This document shows positions 1 through 11,730 of a DNA stretch of 64,000 nt, one piece after another. Origin of the DNA: Camelus dromedarius (Eukaryota); the NCBI RefSeq assembly GCF_036321535.1, contig NC_087472.1:94428001-94492000 (forward strand), in the 5' to 3' direction. Position 1 is the first letter of the stretch. The number at the start of each line of letters is the position of its first letter. The position numbers were made by a program, and so were the translations under genes. The notes under the pieces are model-generated. The model had not been told where the DNA came from, made no database searches, and worked only from the letters and a program-made list of their open reading frames with translations.

Positions 1-3000
1 TTAGACATACCTTTGCCTCATTGAAGTGTTTGTTTAAATCATATCCATTTGTACTTGGAATGTTTGTTTCCTTCTTATTATTTATTGAACTTTGAGATTC
101 TTATATATATCTGACATACAAGTCCTTTGCCAGATATATGCTTTGCAAGCATTTTACCCCAGTCTGACTTCCCCTTTCATTGTGTAAACAACTTATTTAG
201 AACAGCAGAAATTTTACACATTTATAATGTCCAATGTAAATTTATTATGGCTAAGTTTTGATGTTGTATTTAAGAAACGTTACCTCCCTCAAGTTCACAA
301 AGATGTTTTCCTCAAGGAGTTTTATGGTTTCAGGTTTACATTTAGGTCTGTGATTCAGGTTGATTTAATTGTGTATATTACATGAGATGTGAGTGATATT
401 CATATTTTCTTATGGATATCTAATTGTTGCAGGATCACTTGTTGAAAATACTGTTTTTTCCCCCATTGAATTACCTTTCTTAAAAATCAATTGGCCTCTC
501 TCTCACCACTCCTTTCCAAAATGATACTGGAAGTCATTGCTAACGCAGTAAGGTAAGAAAAGTAAATTAAAGGTATACAGATTGGGAAGGGACTAATAAA
601 ACTGTCTTTGTTTGCAGATGACATGATCATCTGTATAGAAAATCTGAAAGAATTGACAAAAAAAGGTCCTGGAATCAGTAAGTAGTTACAGCAAGGTTGT
701 AGGTTGTACGAGGTTAATATACAAAAATCAATAACTTTCATACATACCAGCAGTATACAAATGAAACTTGAAATGAAAAACACCATGCCATTTGCATTAG
801 CACCCCCCCACCAAAATCTAACAGAATATGTACAAGATGTATATGAGGAAAACTACAAAACCCTTGTGGATAAAAATCAAAGAACGAAATAAATGGAGAG
901 ATAGTTCATGTTCATGGATAGGAAGACTCAGTGTTGTCAAGATATTAGTTCTCCACAACTCGATCTATAGATTCAGTACAATCCCAATCAAAATCCCAGC
1001 AAATTGTTTTATAAGTATAGGTAAAATGATTCTAATGTTTATCTGGAAAGGTAAAAGACCCAGAATAGGCAAATCAATATTGCAGGAGAAGAACAAACTT
1101 GGAAGACTGGCACCACCCTACTTCATACTTACTATAAAGCTACAATAATCAAGACAGTGTGTTATTGGTGAAAGAATAGACAAATAGATCAATAGAACTG
1201 AATAGAGAGCCCAGAAATAGACCCCCTACAAATATATTCAACTGATCTTTGACAAAGGAGCTAAAGCAATACATTGGAGCAAAGATTGTGCTGAAACAAC
1301 TGGACATTCACATGCAAAAAAATGAATCTAGGCACAGATCATATACTCTTGACAAAAATGAACTCAAAATGGATCATAAACCTAAATGTAAAGTGCAAAA
1401 TGAAAAATTAAAAGATGACACAGGAGAAAAACTGTGACCTTGGGTATGGTGATGACATTTTAGATACAGCACTAAAGACAAAATCTATGAAAGAAATAAT
1501 TGATAAGCTGGACTTAATTAAAATAAAAACTTATACCCTGAGAAAGATAAGGTCAAGAGAATGAGAAGACAATCCACCAACGGGGGAAAATATTTACAAA
1601 AGATCCATATGATAAAGGACTATTATCCCGAATATACAAAGAAATCTTAAAACTCAACAGAAAAAGAAATGAATAAAATATGGGTCAAAGGCCTTTACAG
1701 ACTCCTCACAAAAGAAGATAAATAGCTGACAGATAAACATGTGAAATAATGCTCCACATTATGTGTCATCAGGGAAATGCAAATTAAAACAGTAATGAGA
1801 GACCACTACACACCAATTAGAATGGCCAAAATCCAGAACACTGACAAGAAGCGCTGGTTAGTATGCTGGTGAGGATGTGGTGCCACCAGAGCTCTCATAC
1901 ATCACTGTAGAGAACGCAAAATGATACAGTCACTTTGGAAGACAGTTTGGCAATTTCTTAAAAAGTCTAAGCATACTCTTATCACACAATCCAGCAATTG
2001 TGCTCCTTGATATTCACTCAAAGGAGCTGAAAATTTATGTCCACGTAAAAGCCTGCACATGGGTATTTATAGCAGTTGTATTCATAATTGTCAAACCTTG
2101 GAAGCCACCAAGGTGTCCTTCAGTAAGTGAATGGTTAAAGATACTGTGGTACATTTAAACAATGGAATATTATTATCCAGTGCTAAAAAGAAATGAGCTA
2201 GTGAGCCATGAAAAGATGTGAAGGAAGCTTTAATGTAGTTTATATGTGAAAGGAGCCAATCTGAGAAGTCTGTTGTATGATTCCAACTGTATGTTATTCT
2301 CAAAAATGCAGAACTATGGAGACAATAAAAAGACAAGTGAGTGCCAGGGACAAGGGGAAAAAGGAAGGAATTAATAAGCAAAGTATAGAGGGTTTTTAGG
2401 GCAGTGAAAACACTCTGTGTGATACCATACCGATGAATACATTATGTATTACTCCAAACCCATAGAATGTACTACTTCAAGAGTGAAGCCTAAGGTAAAC
2501 TCTGGACTTTGGGTGATTATGCTATGTCAATGTAGGTACATCCTTGGTGCGTGATGATGATAATGGGGGAGGCTATGCATGTGTAGGAGAAGAGAGTATA
2601 TGGGAACGCTCTGTACTTTCTTCTCAATTTTATTATGAATCTAAAAACTCCTCTGAAACAATTCTTTGAAAAAAATCAATTGACCAGCTATGTGCGGGTC
2701 TATATTAGGACTCTGTATTCTGTGCCATGGATTTATGTTTCTATCCTCTCTCTAATACCACATTTTCTTCATTAGTGTAACTTTGCAATAATTATTGAAA
2801 TTAAGTAAAGATTATCTTCTGACTCAATTCTTTTTCAAAAATACCATTTTGCTCTTCTAATTCCTTTGCAATTTCACATAAATTTTTAGAATCAACTTGT
2901 TGATTTTTAGAAAAATTCGTGCTGTGACTTTGATTCTTGCTGAGTTAGTTGAATCTATAAATCAGTTTTGTTAGAGTTGCCATCTTAACAGTACTGAATC

Positions 3001-3160
3001 TTCCAATCCATGAACACAATCTTTCTCTCTCAACTTGTTAAGGTCTTCTTTGATTACCATTGTCAGTGTTTTATATTTTCTAGCATAAAGATCTTGTATA
3101 TATTTTGTCCGATTTGTATCTAAGCGTTTCATGGTTCTGATACAAATTTAAATGCTAATT
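1..3160 (-). mobile_element. Old LINE-1 (L1M) ORF2 remnant, split by a younger L1 at 497-2670
   Basis: T-rich antisense L1-like text at 1-480 ('ggatatctaattgttgcaggatcacttgttgaaaatactg') resumes collinearly at 2686 ('tatgtgcgggtctatattaggactctgtattctgtgccatgg'). Confidence 0.75.
497..2670 (+). mobile_element. 5'-truncated LINE-1, L1MC1/2-like (ORF2 RT to C-terminus plus 3'UTR)
   Basis: Contains SLFADDM coding sequence ('tctttgtttgcagatgacatg', ~605-625). ORF 828-1148 resembles L1 ORF2 (KWRDSSCSWIGRL...IYRFSTIPIKIP). L1MC-type 3'UTR. TSD aaaaatcaattg(g/a)cc at 482-496 and 2671-2685. Confidence 0.9.
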
Positions 3161-3174
3161 TTTTTATAAACTTA

Positions 3175-3527
3175 AAAAAATTTGAAATAGAATTAGATCA
3201 AAAGAAATTTTTCAAAGTACAAAGTTCCTCTGTACCCCTCACCCTGTTTCCCCCATTGTTAACAACTAAGGAACCAACATTGTTATCTTATTATTAAAAA
3301 AATTCACACTCTATTAGTATTTCATTAACATCTTTTTTCTGTTCCTGGATTGTATCCAGGATATCCCATTACATTTAGCTGTCATATCTCCTTAGACCTT
3401 TCTGGTCTGAGACAGTTTCTCATATTTCCTTCTTTTTGGTGGTCTTGACAGTTTTGAAGAGTATTAGTCAGATATTTTTAGAATTTTTCTCAGCTGAGAT
3501 TTGTCTTTTTCTTATGATTAGACTGTC
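3175..3527 (-). mobile_element. L1MC-type 3'UTR fragment
   Basis: 'tacccctcaccctgtttcccccattgttaac...catttagctgtcatatctccttag...ttgacagttttgaagagta' resembles the antisense L1MC 3' end. Confidence 0.7.
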
Positions 3528-5228
3528 AAATATATACAATGTGTGTAAGTATATGTTTGTGTAATGTATACATGTATTTTTATAATTTATAAGTGTATGA
3601 AATATGCATATATTTATATTCTTAGTATAAACATATGAAATATGTAAAATGACACTGGTGACTGATGACTCTGGTTGAGCTCAAACAAAGCTTAGCAAAC
3701 TTACCAGATCATTCTGCCAGCACAACCAATTATTCAGAGTTGGCAAATGAGATCATCCCTATGTTCCCCAATGAAGTAGTGGGTTTTTCTTCACTGTCAG
3801 CTGGCTAGGAAGCCCCTGCTAGAACAGTAGCCATTACCCTGCCAGATGGGGACCCATCAACTATCTCAGAGGAATCAGACCTCTTATTCTCACATTGGTC
3901 TTCTAAGGAAGGTCACCACCCCAGAATCTAAAGTGATTTTCTACATGTGACGTGATTGGACATGTTTCTCACTATGAAAAACAAACAAAAAGAACAGGGG
4001 AAAAAAACACCCAACTGCTCAAAATACAACCTTTTGTCAGACACTTCACAACCTATTCTCTCCTAAAAATTACTCCTGACTCTGCAAAGAAAAGTAAGGA
4101 GATCAGGAAGTTTCCAACCATCAGCAAAGCCATCACATGCTGCTCCAAGAGAAAGTTCCCCAGACAGTAACTTCATTAACCTTAGACAGTGGCTCCCCTT
4201 TTGTGTGGGGCAGTTCCCTCGGACACTGTGCTGTTCTTCTTGGTTATATCCTGAATACAGGAGGAATTTCATGACTCCATTTGGGAGTCATCTCCTGGAC
4301 ATGGATTCTCTCCTTCCCCAGATTCTCAGTCTTTTTTAATCACCAGATTCAAAGAGTGTTTCTGCATAGAGATTGAAGAGTGGGGTGTAGGCTGGCCAAC
4401 CCTCAGTCAAGTGTTCTGTTGTCCCCAGTTTATCATTGTTTCACTGCTCAATTACTCGTTTTTGTTTTTCTACACAGAATCAAGAACAGCCTTCTATAGG
4501 ACATTTTCCCTTGTGTGTTGTTCTCTGGTTTTGCCCAGTTTTTGCTCACCAGTATTTGAGGTGGGCAGGCAGGCATTTCTCACCATTGTTCCTAGGGACA
4601 GGAAGATACTATGGAACATCGCTGTGATTTACTTAGTCCTATTTTGGCTTAATTTTTATACAAGATATTAATAATATTAACATTGCCATTAGATTGAATA
4701 TTGTTGTAATTACTCTGTTCATCTCAATAGCAGTAGTAGTAGTACTAAGAGTCGTAGCATCACTAATTATGATCCCTTGATGGAAACTCAGTAGACAGGA
4801 TTAGTAGACTGACCTTGCTTTTAATGATCTAAATAATCAAATCTGATAGAAAACCAAAATATCTAGTTTACTTTTATATTCCATAAGTTCCTAGGATCTT
4901 TTCAGAGGTATTTCCTGAGCCAGCTGGGAAAGATGAGAAACCATTAAAGGACAATCCCATACTTGTTCACTCCTTCCCACATTCTGTATACCAAGCTGAG
5001 GGTGCTGCCTGCCACTACTGGGCACACACTGACCTAAAAAAAAGTTTTCTCTGTTTGTTTTGGCCCTTAAACTGCCAGGTGAGACAAACCTGGTCAATTA
5101 TGTGTGTTAATACTTGACTTGCCCTTCCAAGACTCCATCCATAAGATACATTAATGTTCCTTATTAGAAGAAATATCTTCAGCAGCTCTCCTGCATGAAG
5201 TAAAATTTACCCGTAGTCTATATATTAG

Positions 5229-5423
5229 ATACCAGCTACTATATACAAAACAGATAAACATCAAGGTCCTACTGTATAGCACAGGGAACTATATTCAATA
5301 CTTTGTAATAACCTATAATGAAAAAGAATATATATGTGTAACTGAATCACTATGCCGTACACCAGAAACTAACACAACATTGTAAATCAACTATCCCTCA
5401 AGTGAAAAAATAAAAATAAAAAA
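5229..5423 (+). mobile_element. Short L1 3'-end stub (cetartiodactyl-type 3'UTR plus A tail)
   Basis: 'caaggtcctactgtatagcacagggaactatattcaata...acattgtaaatcaacta' followed by an A-rich tail. Homologous to other stubs in this window. Confidence 0.85.
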
Positions 5424-5574
5424 GCATATTAAACTATGAGATACGGGAGGTTTTGTTTACATGTTTCCTCCTTGAAAAAAATCGTATAGGCCAACTTTTC
5501 AATTAATTATTTTGAGCTTAAGTCCTAAATCATTAAATCTCTGAATACGTAGGACAGTTAGAGAATAAATTAAC

Positions 5575-5626
5575 AAGTGTGATACTTAATTCAATTGGTA
5601 CTTGAAGTGTGATACTTAATGCAATT
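5575..5626. repeat. 30-bp-period local duplication
   Basis: aagtgtgatacttaat(t/g)caatt starts at 5575 and 5605. Confidence 0.85.
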
Positions 5627-5779
5627 AATTCAATTCAATTGTGAAGTTGCTATTTTATGGATTAAATAAAATAGGCATACTGGTAGACTGTTTATAGCCA
5701 CAGGTTTATATGCATTTTACACGTAACAGGAAAATGAACTAAAGAGCATGGCTTTAGCATGGAGGGTATCTCTTACTTT

Positions 5780-7000
5780 GACAATCTTCTGTCAGCTGTG
5801 GGCAGTGGATGTAAAACAGCAAGTCCTGACTTGCATTCTATACAGTTCCTTGCATAGTCTCTCTCATAGAGCCTGATCATAGGAACCGTAAGTGCTCAAT
5901 TGAAACTTTCCATATTTTGCCTCAAGATCTCATTAAGCAATTCTTCATGTTTGCTGAGTATATTTTCTTCCAAGTTAATGTAGGCCATTTCTTTCCCCAG
6001 CCTCCTGGGGAAAGAAGGTTACTCACTGCTTCCCCAGCCTCTTCGTATATTTCAGTGTGCTCTTCCAGCTTCCCCTTGCTCAAAGCTTAGTCTCAAAGCT
6101 TTCAAGTTTGTTTGTTTGTTTTTATTGAGGTATAGTCAGTTTACAATGTTGTGTCAATTTCTGGTGTACAGCACAATGCTTCAGTCATACATATGCATAC
6201 ATATATCCCTTTTCATATTCTTTTTCATTATAGGTTACTACATGATATTGAATATAATTCATAAAAAAGAATAAAATAACGCCATTTGCAGCAACATGGA
6301 TGGACCTAGAGATTGTCATTCTAAGTGAAGTAAGCCAGAAAGAAAGAAGAATACCATATGATATCACTTATATGTGGAATCTAAAAAAAAAGACAAACGA
6401 ACTTATTTACAAAACAGAAACAGACTCACAGACATAGAGAACAAACTTATGGTTACCAGGGGGGAAAGGAGGTGGGAAGGGATAAATTGGGAGTTCAAGA
6501 TTTGCAGATACTAGCTATTATATATAAAATAGATAAACAACAAGTTTCTGCTGTATAGCACAGGGTTTCAACTTTTTTGTTAGGGCAACACTCTATTCCT
6601 AGGTACCAATTTCTGTACCAATTACCTATTGCTGTAAAAGAAGCCATCTCAAAATTTAGTGGCTCAAAATACCATTTTATTTGTTCATTGTTCACTATTC
6701 TGAATGTCCTCAGTTAAGCCTGGATTCAATTGCACGATTTTCCTGCTGTTCTTTTCTCCTGTGTTTCAAGTGGCTGCAGTCATTTGGTAATTCACTCATG
6801 TCTTGATGGTCTACACTCACACTTCTGACAGTCGGTGTTGGATGTTGGCTGACCCCCATGTCTCCAGCATACCAGCCTGGGCTACACCACATAACTGAGA
6901 AGGAATTTCAAGAAAGATGAAAGTGGATATTCTCAAGGCCTTTTAAGATCTACATTTAGAACTCCCATGTCAATCCTATTGGTCAAAATAAGTCACAAAG
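5780..7000 (-). mobile_element. MaLR (MLT1-type) LTR 6614-~7000 with adjoining internal sequence, interrupted by the L1 at 6107-6565
   Basis: Antisense LTR end 'tgtaccaattacctattgctgtaaaagaagccatctcaaaatttagtggctcaaaa' abuts 'ggtaccaatttc' (6602-6613), the reverse complement of the MaLR LTR/internal junction GAAATTGGTACC. Left extent uncertain. Confidence 0.6.
6107..6565 (-). mobile_element. 5'-inverted (twin-primed) young L1 3' fragment
   Basis: Antisense 3' end at 6107-6256 is joined to a sense segment at ~6260-6565 that is its immediate upstream continuation. TSD tttcaa(g/c)ttt at 6100-6109 and 6566-6575. Confidence 0.85.
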
Positions 7001-7779
7001 AATTTGCGTCCAAAAAAGAGTTAAGTGAGAAGATGGTAGTATGATTTGTTTTCATTTTTACTGGATGAAAATTTCTAAACTCTTCTATCTTAGATAAAGT
7101 GATATCATCTATTTAATCACTACTTTTTGATAGAAAATCAGGTTATTTTCTAGAAGTCATTACTCAAAGTTAAGGATATAAATTAATTATAACAATAATC
7201 TAAATATGAAACCCAAAATTAAGTTTAAAAAACCTACTTGAGGATCCAATCATATTAAAATTGTGCTAACTTTCTATTTTAAAAACATTCCAAATATTTC
7301 ATGTGAGCTTAAACCCCAGGTAATAAGAATATATGTTTACAAATAATAATATATTAAAAGACTCAAAAATTTATGATAATTACATAGTTTAAACAAAAGA
7401 ACAAAAAAGTCACCATGGCAGAATCCAAAGTTCAGAAACAAGCATACATATTCAGACATATCTCTGTGAGTGTGTGAATACACACGCACAGGCATACACA
7501 CACATTTAAGCTACATTTTAAAGGAATAGTTGGACTTGGCTACCCCCAAATTTAAAGTGTTTATAAAGAACAAAACAATGCAAGTTTTTCAGATCAATGA
7601 CTATTTGAATTTTTGTATGTACATTTGAGACACTGGGTTAATGTAAATATATTTTCAATGAATGAGAAAAATATGAGCATACAATAAAGTAGCAAATTTA
7701 AAAAGACTGAACTGACAGTTTACAAAAGAAGGAATTGTACATACCTATGCATATATATTTATATACACAGTAGATACGA

Positions 7780-8055
7780 TGTGGAGAATAAATAAGACTG
7801 AAACAGAGGTGTATATAAGGAAACAATTTACAAAATATTAGGAAGCTAGGACAAAATGGTGACAGAAACTAGAGAGATTTGAGATGTTATGAAGCATTTG
7901 TTGATATAGTTAATCTGAGATTATTGAATGGAAAAAGGATATTAAAAATTACTCCCAGGTTTCTAGTTTAAGTATCCGAATGGAGTATGGCTATGTTTAA
8001 CAGTATGGTTAATTCTGGGTTAAAGTGTTGGGAATCCCTTTTGAACATGGTGAAT
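7780..8055 (-). mobile_element. LINE-2 remnant
   Basis: 'aaaaattactcccaggtttctagtttaagtatccgaatggagtatggctatgtttaacag' resembles L2; highly diverged. Confidence 0.5.
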
Positions 8056-8734
8056 TAAGCTATTATCTCCTTTCCAGTCTCACTGTTTTCACTTTCTGAA
8101 CCCTCTTTTAAATAGGTGTTAGAACTTTTAAGTCAATTTTCTTTATGTTTCAAATTCTCTTTGAAAAAAATTTTTTTCTTTTGCTTTACAGTGACATTTT
8201 GAGGGAAAATTCATTCCTTGGGTATACTTTCTAGCTCTCTAATATGCTTTTCCACTTTGTCCATTCTACTCTTTAACTTAGCCATTATCTGTAATTATTT
8301 CTTATACATAACAATGCAATGTTTTAAAAGAACTTCCTGTTCCTATTCCATGCATGTAATACTCATATTAGCTAAACTTATATTTCCTGCACTTGTAGTT
8401 GCATTAACAATTTCTCTCTGTAACTTCTGTTTGTTGAGTCACTATTATTTCATTCACAGTATTGACTTTAATTAAATGTTTGGTGACCTTTAAACAGAAT
8501 AGTTCTATGTGTGCTAGTGCAAAAAAGAAGTCAGAATGGGTTAATGCTTGAATGAGAAGTAAGGGAATGGAGACACAGTGATTACCCAATAATTTTAGAA
8601 GATAGTCTTTAAAGGATAGAAAAAAAGGAGGAACACAATAGTTCGAGAGGACAAGGTATTAAGAGAGAGGTTTGTTTGAATGTTTGTGTGTTTTGATTTT
8701 CCTATTTTATATTATTGTTTAGAAGGGAAGATAC

Positions 8735-9486
8735 CAGCTCACGCTCCTTTGCAGTGTGACCTGCTTATGCCCCTTCCATAGGCAGAATCTATTTCGCTTA
8801 CTCTTGAATCTGGACTCTGCAGTAGAATGTGGAAGAAGAGATGATGTATAACTTGTAATATTAGACATTAAGTAACCGCATCTGTACATCTGTAACCACA
8901 GCCCTTTTTAGAGAGCTTCCACATCTAGGACCACGTGCCACCATGATGGGCCCCAAGCTCCACAAAGATAGAAGCTCCTTTGTTCGGGACCTTGCCCTAT
9001 GTATTCTTTATCCGGCTGTCAGTACATTTCCTTTAATATCCTTTTGTAATAAATCTGTAGTCTACTGAGAAAAGAAAGGAAGGAAGAAAGGGAGCTAGGA
9101 AAGAAAGAAGGGAGGGAGGAAGGAAGGAAGAAAGGAAGGAAATCTGTAACTACAAACTTGTACCTCTTAGAATGGTCCCTCCTGGAGAGAAAAAAAAAAA
9201 ACATAACAATAATACAGCTACACTAAGGCAAACATGCTGTGAGGAAGCTCAGACAAGCCACATGAAGGGAGAGAGGGAAGCCACATGGAGGAATATGAAG
9301 ATGCCAGACATGTGAGTGAAACATTTATGTACTTCCAGCCCTGCCCCATCACCAGTTGATTGCAGCTGATTTACTGGAGTAGAACCGCCTAGCTGAGCTC
9401 TGAATTCTTGACCTACAATTTCCTGAGCAAATAAAATGCTTGTTTAAACTTCTAGTTTTGGCGTGCAACAAAAGAAAACTATAACA
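8735..9486 (+). mobile_element. MLT1-type MaLR LTR, interrupted at 8901-9141
   Basis: 'cacgctcctttgcagtgtgac...cttgaatctgg' and 'catgctgtgaggaagctcagacaagccacatg...aaataaaatgcttgtttaaacttctagttttgg...ctataaca'. Confidence 0.7.
8901..9141 (+). mobile_element. Polyadenylated MER21-like LTR fragment (U3-R) with a GGAA-degenerated tail
   Basis: Homologous to the in-window MER21 around 14810/15290-15360. AATAAA at 9048-9053, purine tail at 9068-9141. TSD atctgtaac(c/t)aca at 8888-8900 and 9142-9154. Confidence 0.75.
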
Positions 9487-9787
9487 GTGAGAGTGTCTCT
9501 GTAACCAGCCACCCTTTTCTTCCTAAGCACAAATAATTTTAATGGTTAGTATTCCTATAGAGTTTTTCTTTTTAAATTAACTTCAACACATACAGAACAT
9601 TTATAAAGATTAAAATAACAAATACATATATTAATTACCCAATTTAAGAAACAAAACATTATAAAAGGTAATAACAGCCCCTGTACATCCCTGTATAACC
9701 ATACAGGGTTATGAAGTAACCCTCCCTCCCTCCCCTGATGAAGTAACCACTATCTTGCAATGTTGTTTATTGTTTTTAGTGTCCTCT

Positions 9788-10247
9788 GCCTCATTTTATT
9801 GTGCTTTACTTTATTGTGCTTCGCAGATACTGCATTTTTTTTTCCTGATTGAAGATTTGTGGCAACCCTGTGTGAAGCAAGTCTGTTGGTGCTATTTTTC
9901 CTACAGCATTTGCCCACTTCATGTCTGTGTCCCATTTTGGCAATTTTCCCAATATTTCAAACTTTTTCCATTAGTATTATATTTGTTATGGTGATCTGTG
10001 ATCAGTGATCTTTGATGTTACTACTACAACTCCCTGAAGGCTCAGATGATGCATTTGTGACCAATAATGTATATTTTAATTAACATATGTACATTATTTC
10101 TTTAGATATAATTCTATTGTCCACTTAATAGACTGCAGTATAGTGCAAACATAACTTTTATATGCACAAGGAAACCAAAAAATTCATGTGACTCACTTTA
10201 TTGTGGTGGTCTGAAACTAAACTTGCAATATCTCTGAGGTATGCCTG
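9788..10247 (+). mobile_element. Internally deleted Tigger1 (TcMar) non-autonomous element
   Basis: Tigger1 left part 'cctcattttattgtgctttactttattgtgcttcgcagatactgc' is fused at ~10025 to the right part, which ends in the TIR 'tctctgaggtatgcctg' followed by TA. Confidence 0.9.
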
Positions 10248-10356
10248 TATTTCTACTACATATATATTTTTTCTTAAGCACTATAGGCTATTCTTATGCA
10301 AATTTAATCTTCATACAAATGGAATTTTACTGCATTATGCATCGGCAAACTGTCAT

Positions 10357-11730
10357 CTTTTTATAAATTGAAGTACAGTTGATTTACAATGTTGCATTCA
10401 TTCCTGGTGTACAGCATAGTGATTCTGTTATATATATATATATTCTTTCTCATTATATTTTTTTATGTTAATATGTAAAGGTTTATTCGTTTTTTTAAAC
10501 TTTTTTTTACTGATTTATAATCATTTTACAATGTTGTGTCAAATTCCAGTGTAGAGCACAATTTTTCAGTTATACATGAACATATATATATTCATTGTCA
10601 CATTTTTTTCTCTGTGAGCTACCATAAGATCTTGTGTATACTTCCCTGTGCTATACAGTATAATCTTGTTTATCTAGTCTAAAATTTTGAAATCCCGTCT
10701 ATCCCTTCCCACCCTCCGCCCCCTTGGCAACCACAAGTTTGTATTCTATGTCTATGAGTCTGTTTCTGTTCTGTATTTATGCTTTGTTTGTTTTTGTTTG
10801 TTTTTTTTTTTTTAGATTCCACATATGAGCGATCTCATATGGTATTTTTCTTTCTCTTTCTGGCTTACTTCACTTAGAATGACATTCTCCAGGAGCATCC
10901 AGGTTGCTGCAAATGGCGTTATGTTGTCGGTTTTTATGGCTGAGTAGTATTCCATTGTATAAATATATCACATCTTCTTTATCCAGTCATCCGTTGATGG
11001 ACATTTAGGCTGTCTCCATGTCTTGGCTATTGTAAATAGTGCTGCTATGAACATTGGGGTGCAGGTGTCATCCTGAAGTAGGGTTCCTTCTGGATATATT
11101 ATAAGGTATTGAATATAGTTATATGTGCTATACCGTAGGACCTTGTCTATCTACTTTATATATAACAGTTTGTAACTGTTAAATCTGAACTCTTAATTTA
11201 TCCCTCCCCCTGCCTTTCCCCTTTGGTAACCATAAGTTTGTTTTCTATGTCTGCGAATCTATTTCCTGTTTGTGAATAAGTTCATTTGTATCATTTTTTA
11301 GATTCCAAATGTAAGTGATACCATATGATATTTGTCTTTCTCTGACTTATATCACTTAGTATGATAATCTCTAGGTCCATCCATGTTGCTGCAAATGGCA
11401 TTATTTTATTCTTTTTTATGGCTGTGTAGTATTCCATTGTATAAATATACCAAGCTTCTTCATCCAGTCATCTGTTGATAGACATTTCGGTTGCTTCCAT
11501 GTATTGGCTATTGTAAACAGTGCTACTGTGAACATTGGGGTGCATGTATCTTTTGGAATTAGAGTTTTCTCTGGATATATGCCCAGGAGTGTGATTGCTA
11601 TATCATATGGTAGTTCTATTTTTAGTTTTTTAAAGAATCTCCGTACTGTTTTCCATATTGGCTGTACCAAATTACATTCCCACCAACAGTGTAGGAGGGT
11701 TCCCTTTTCTCCTCACATTCTCTAGCACTT
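10357..11730 (-). mobile_element. Cetartiodactyl-type L1 3' fragment (outer element of a nest)
   Basis: ORF 11416-11670 resembles the L1 ORF2 C-terminus ([18 protein letters not shown]...CTPMF). TSD atc(g/a)gcaaactgtcat(c/t)ttt at 10341-10360 and 11731-11750. Confidence 0.9.
10458..11097 (-). mobile_element. Younger L1 3' fragment inserted in the 3'UTR of the outer L1
   Basis: Has its own T-rich tail and a distinct 3'UTR variant with retained CpGs ('atgagcgatctc', 'ggcgttatgttgtcgg'). The outer element resumes at 'attataaggtattgaatatag'. Confidence 0.85.

Noticed and set aside
5575..5640. Repeat-spacer-like pattern suggesting CRISPR
   Set aside because: Only two units in mammalian DNA with no cas genes; an ordinary local duplication.
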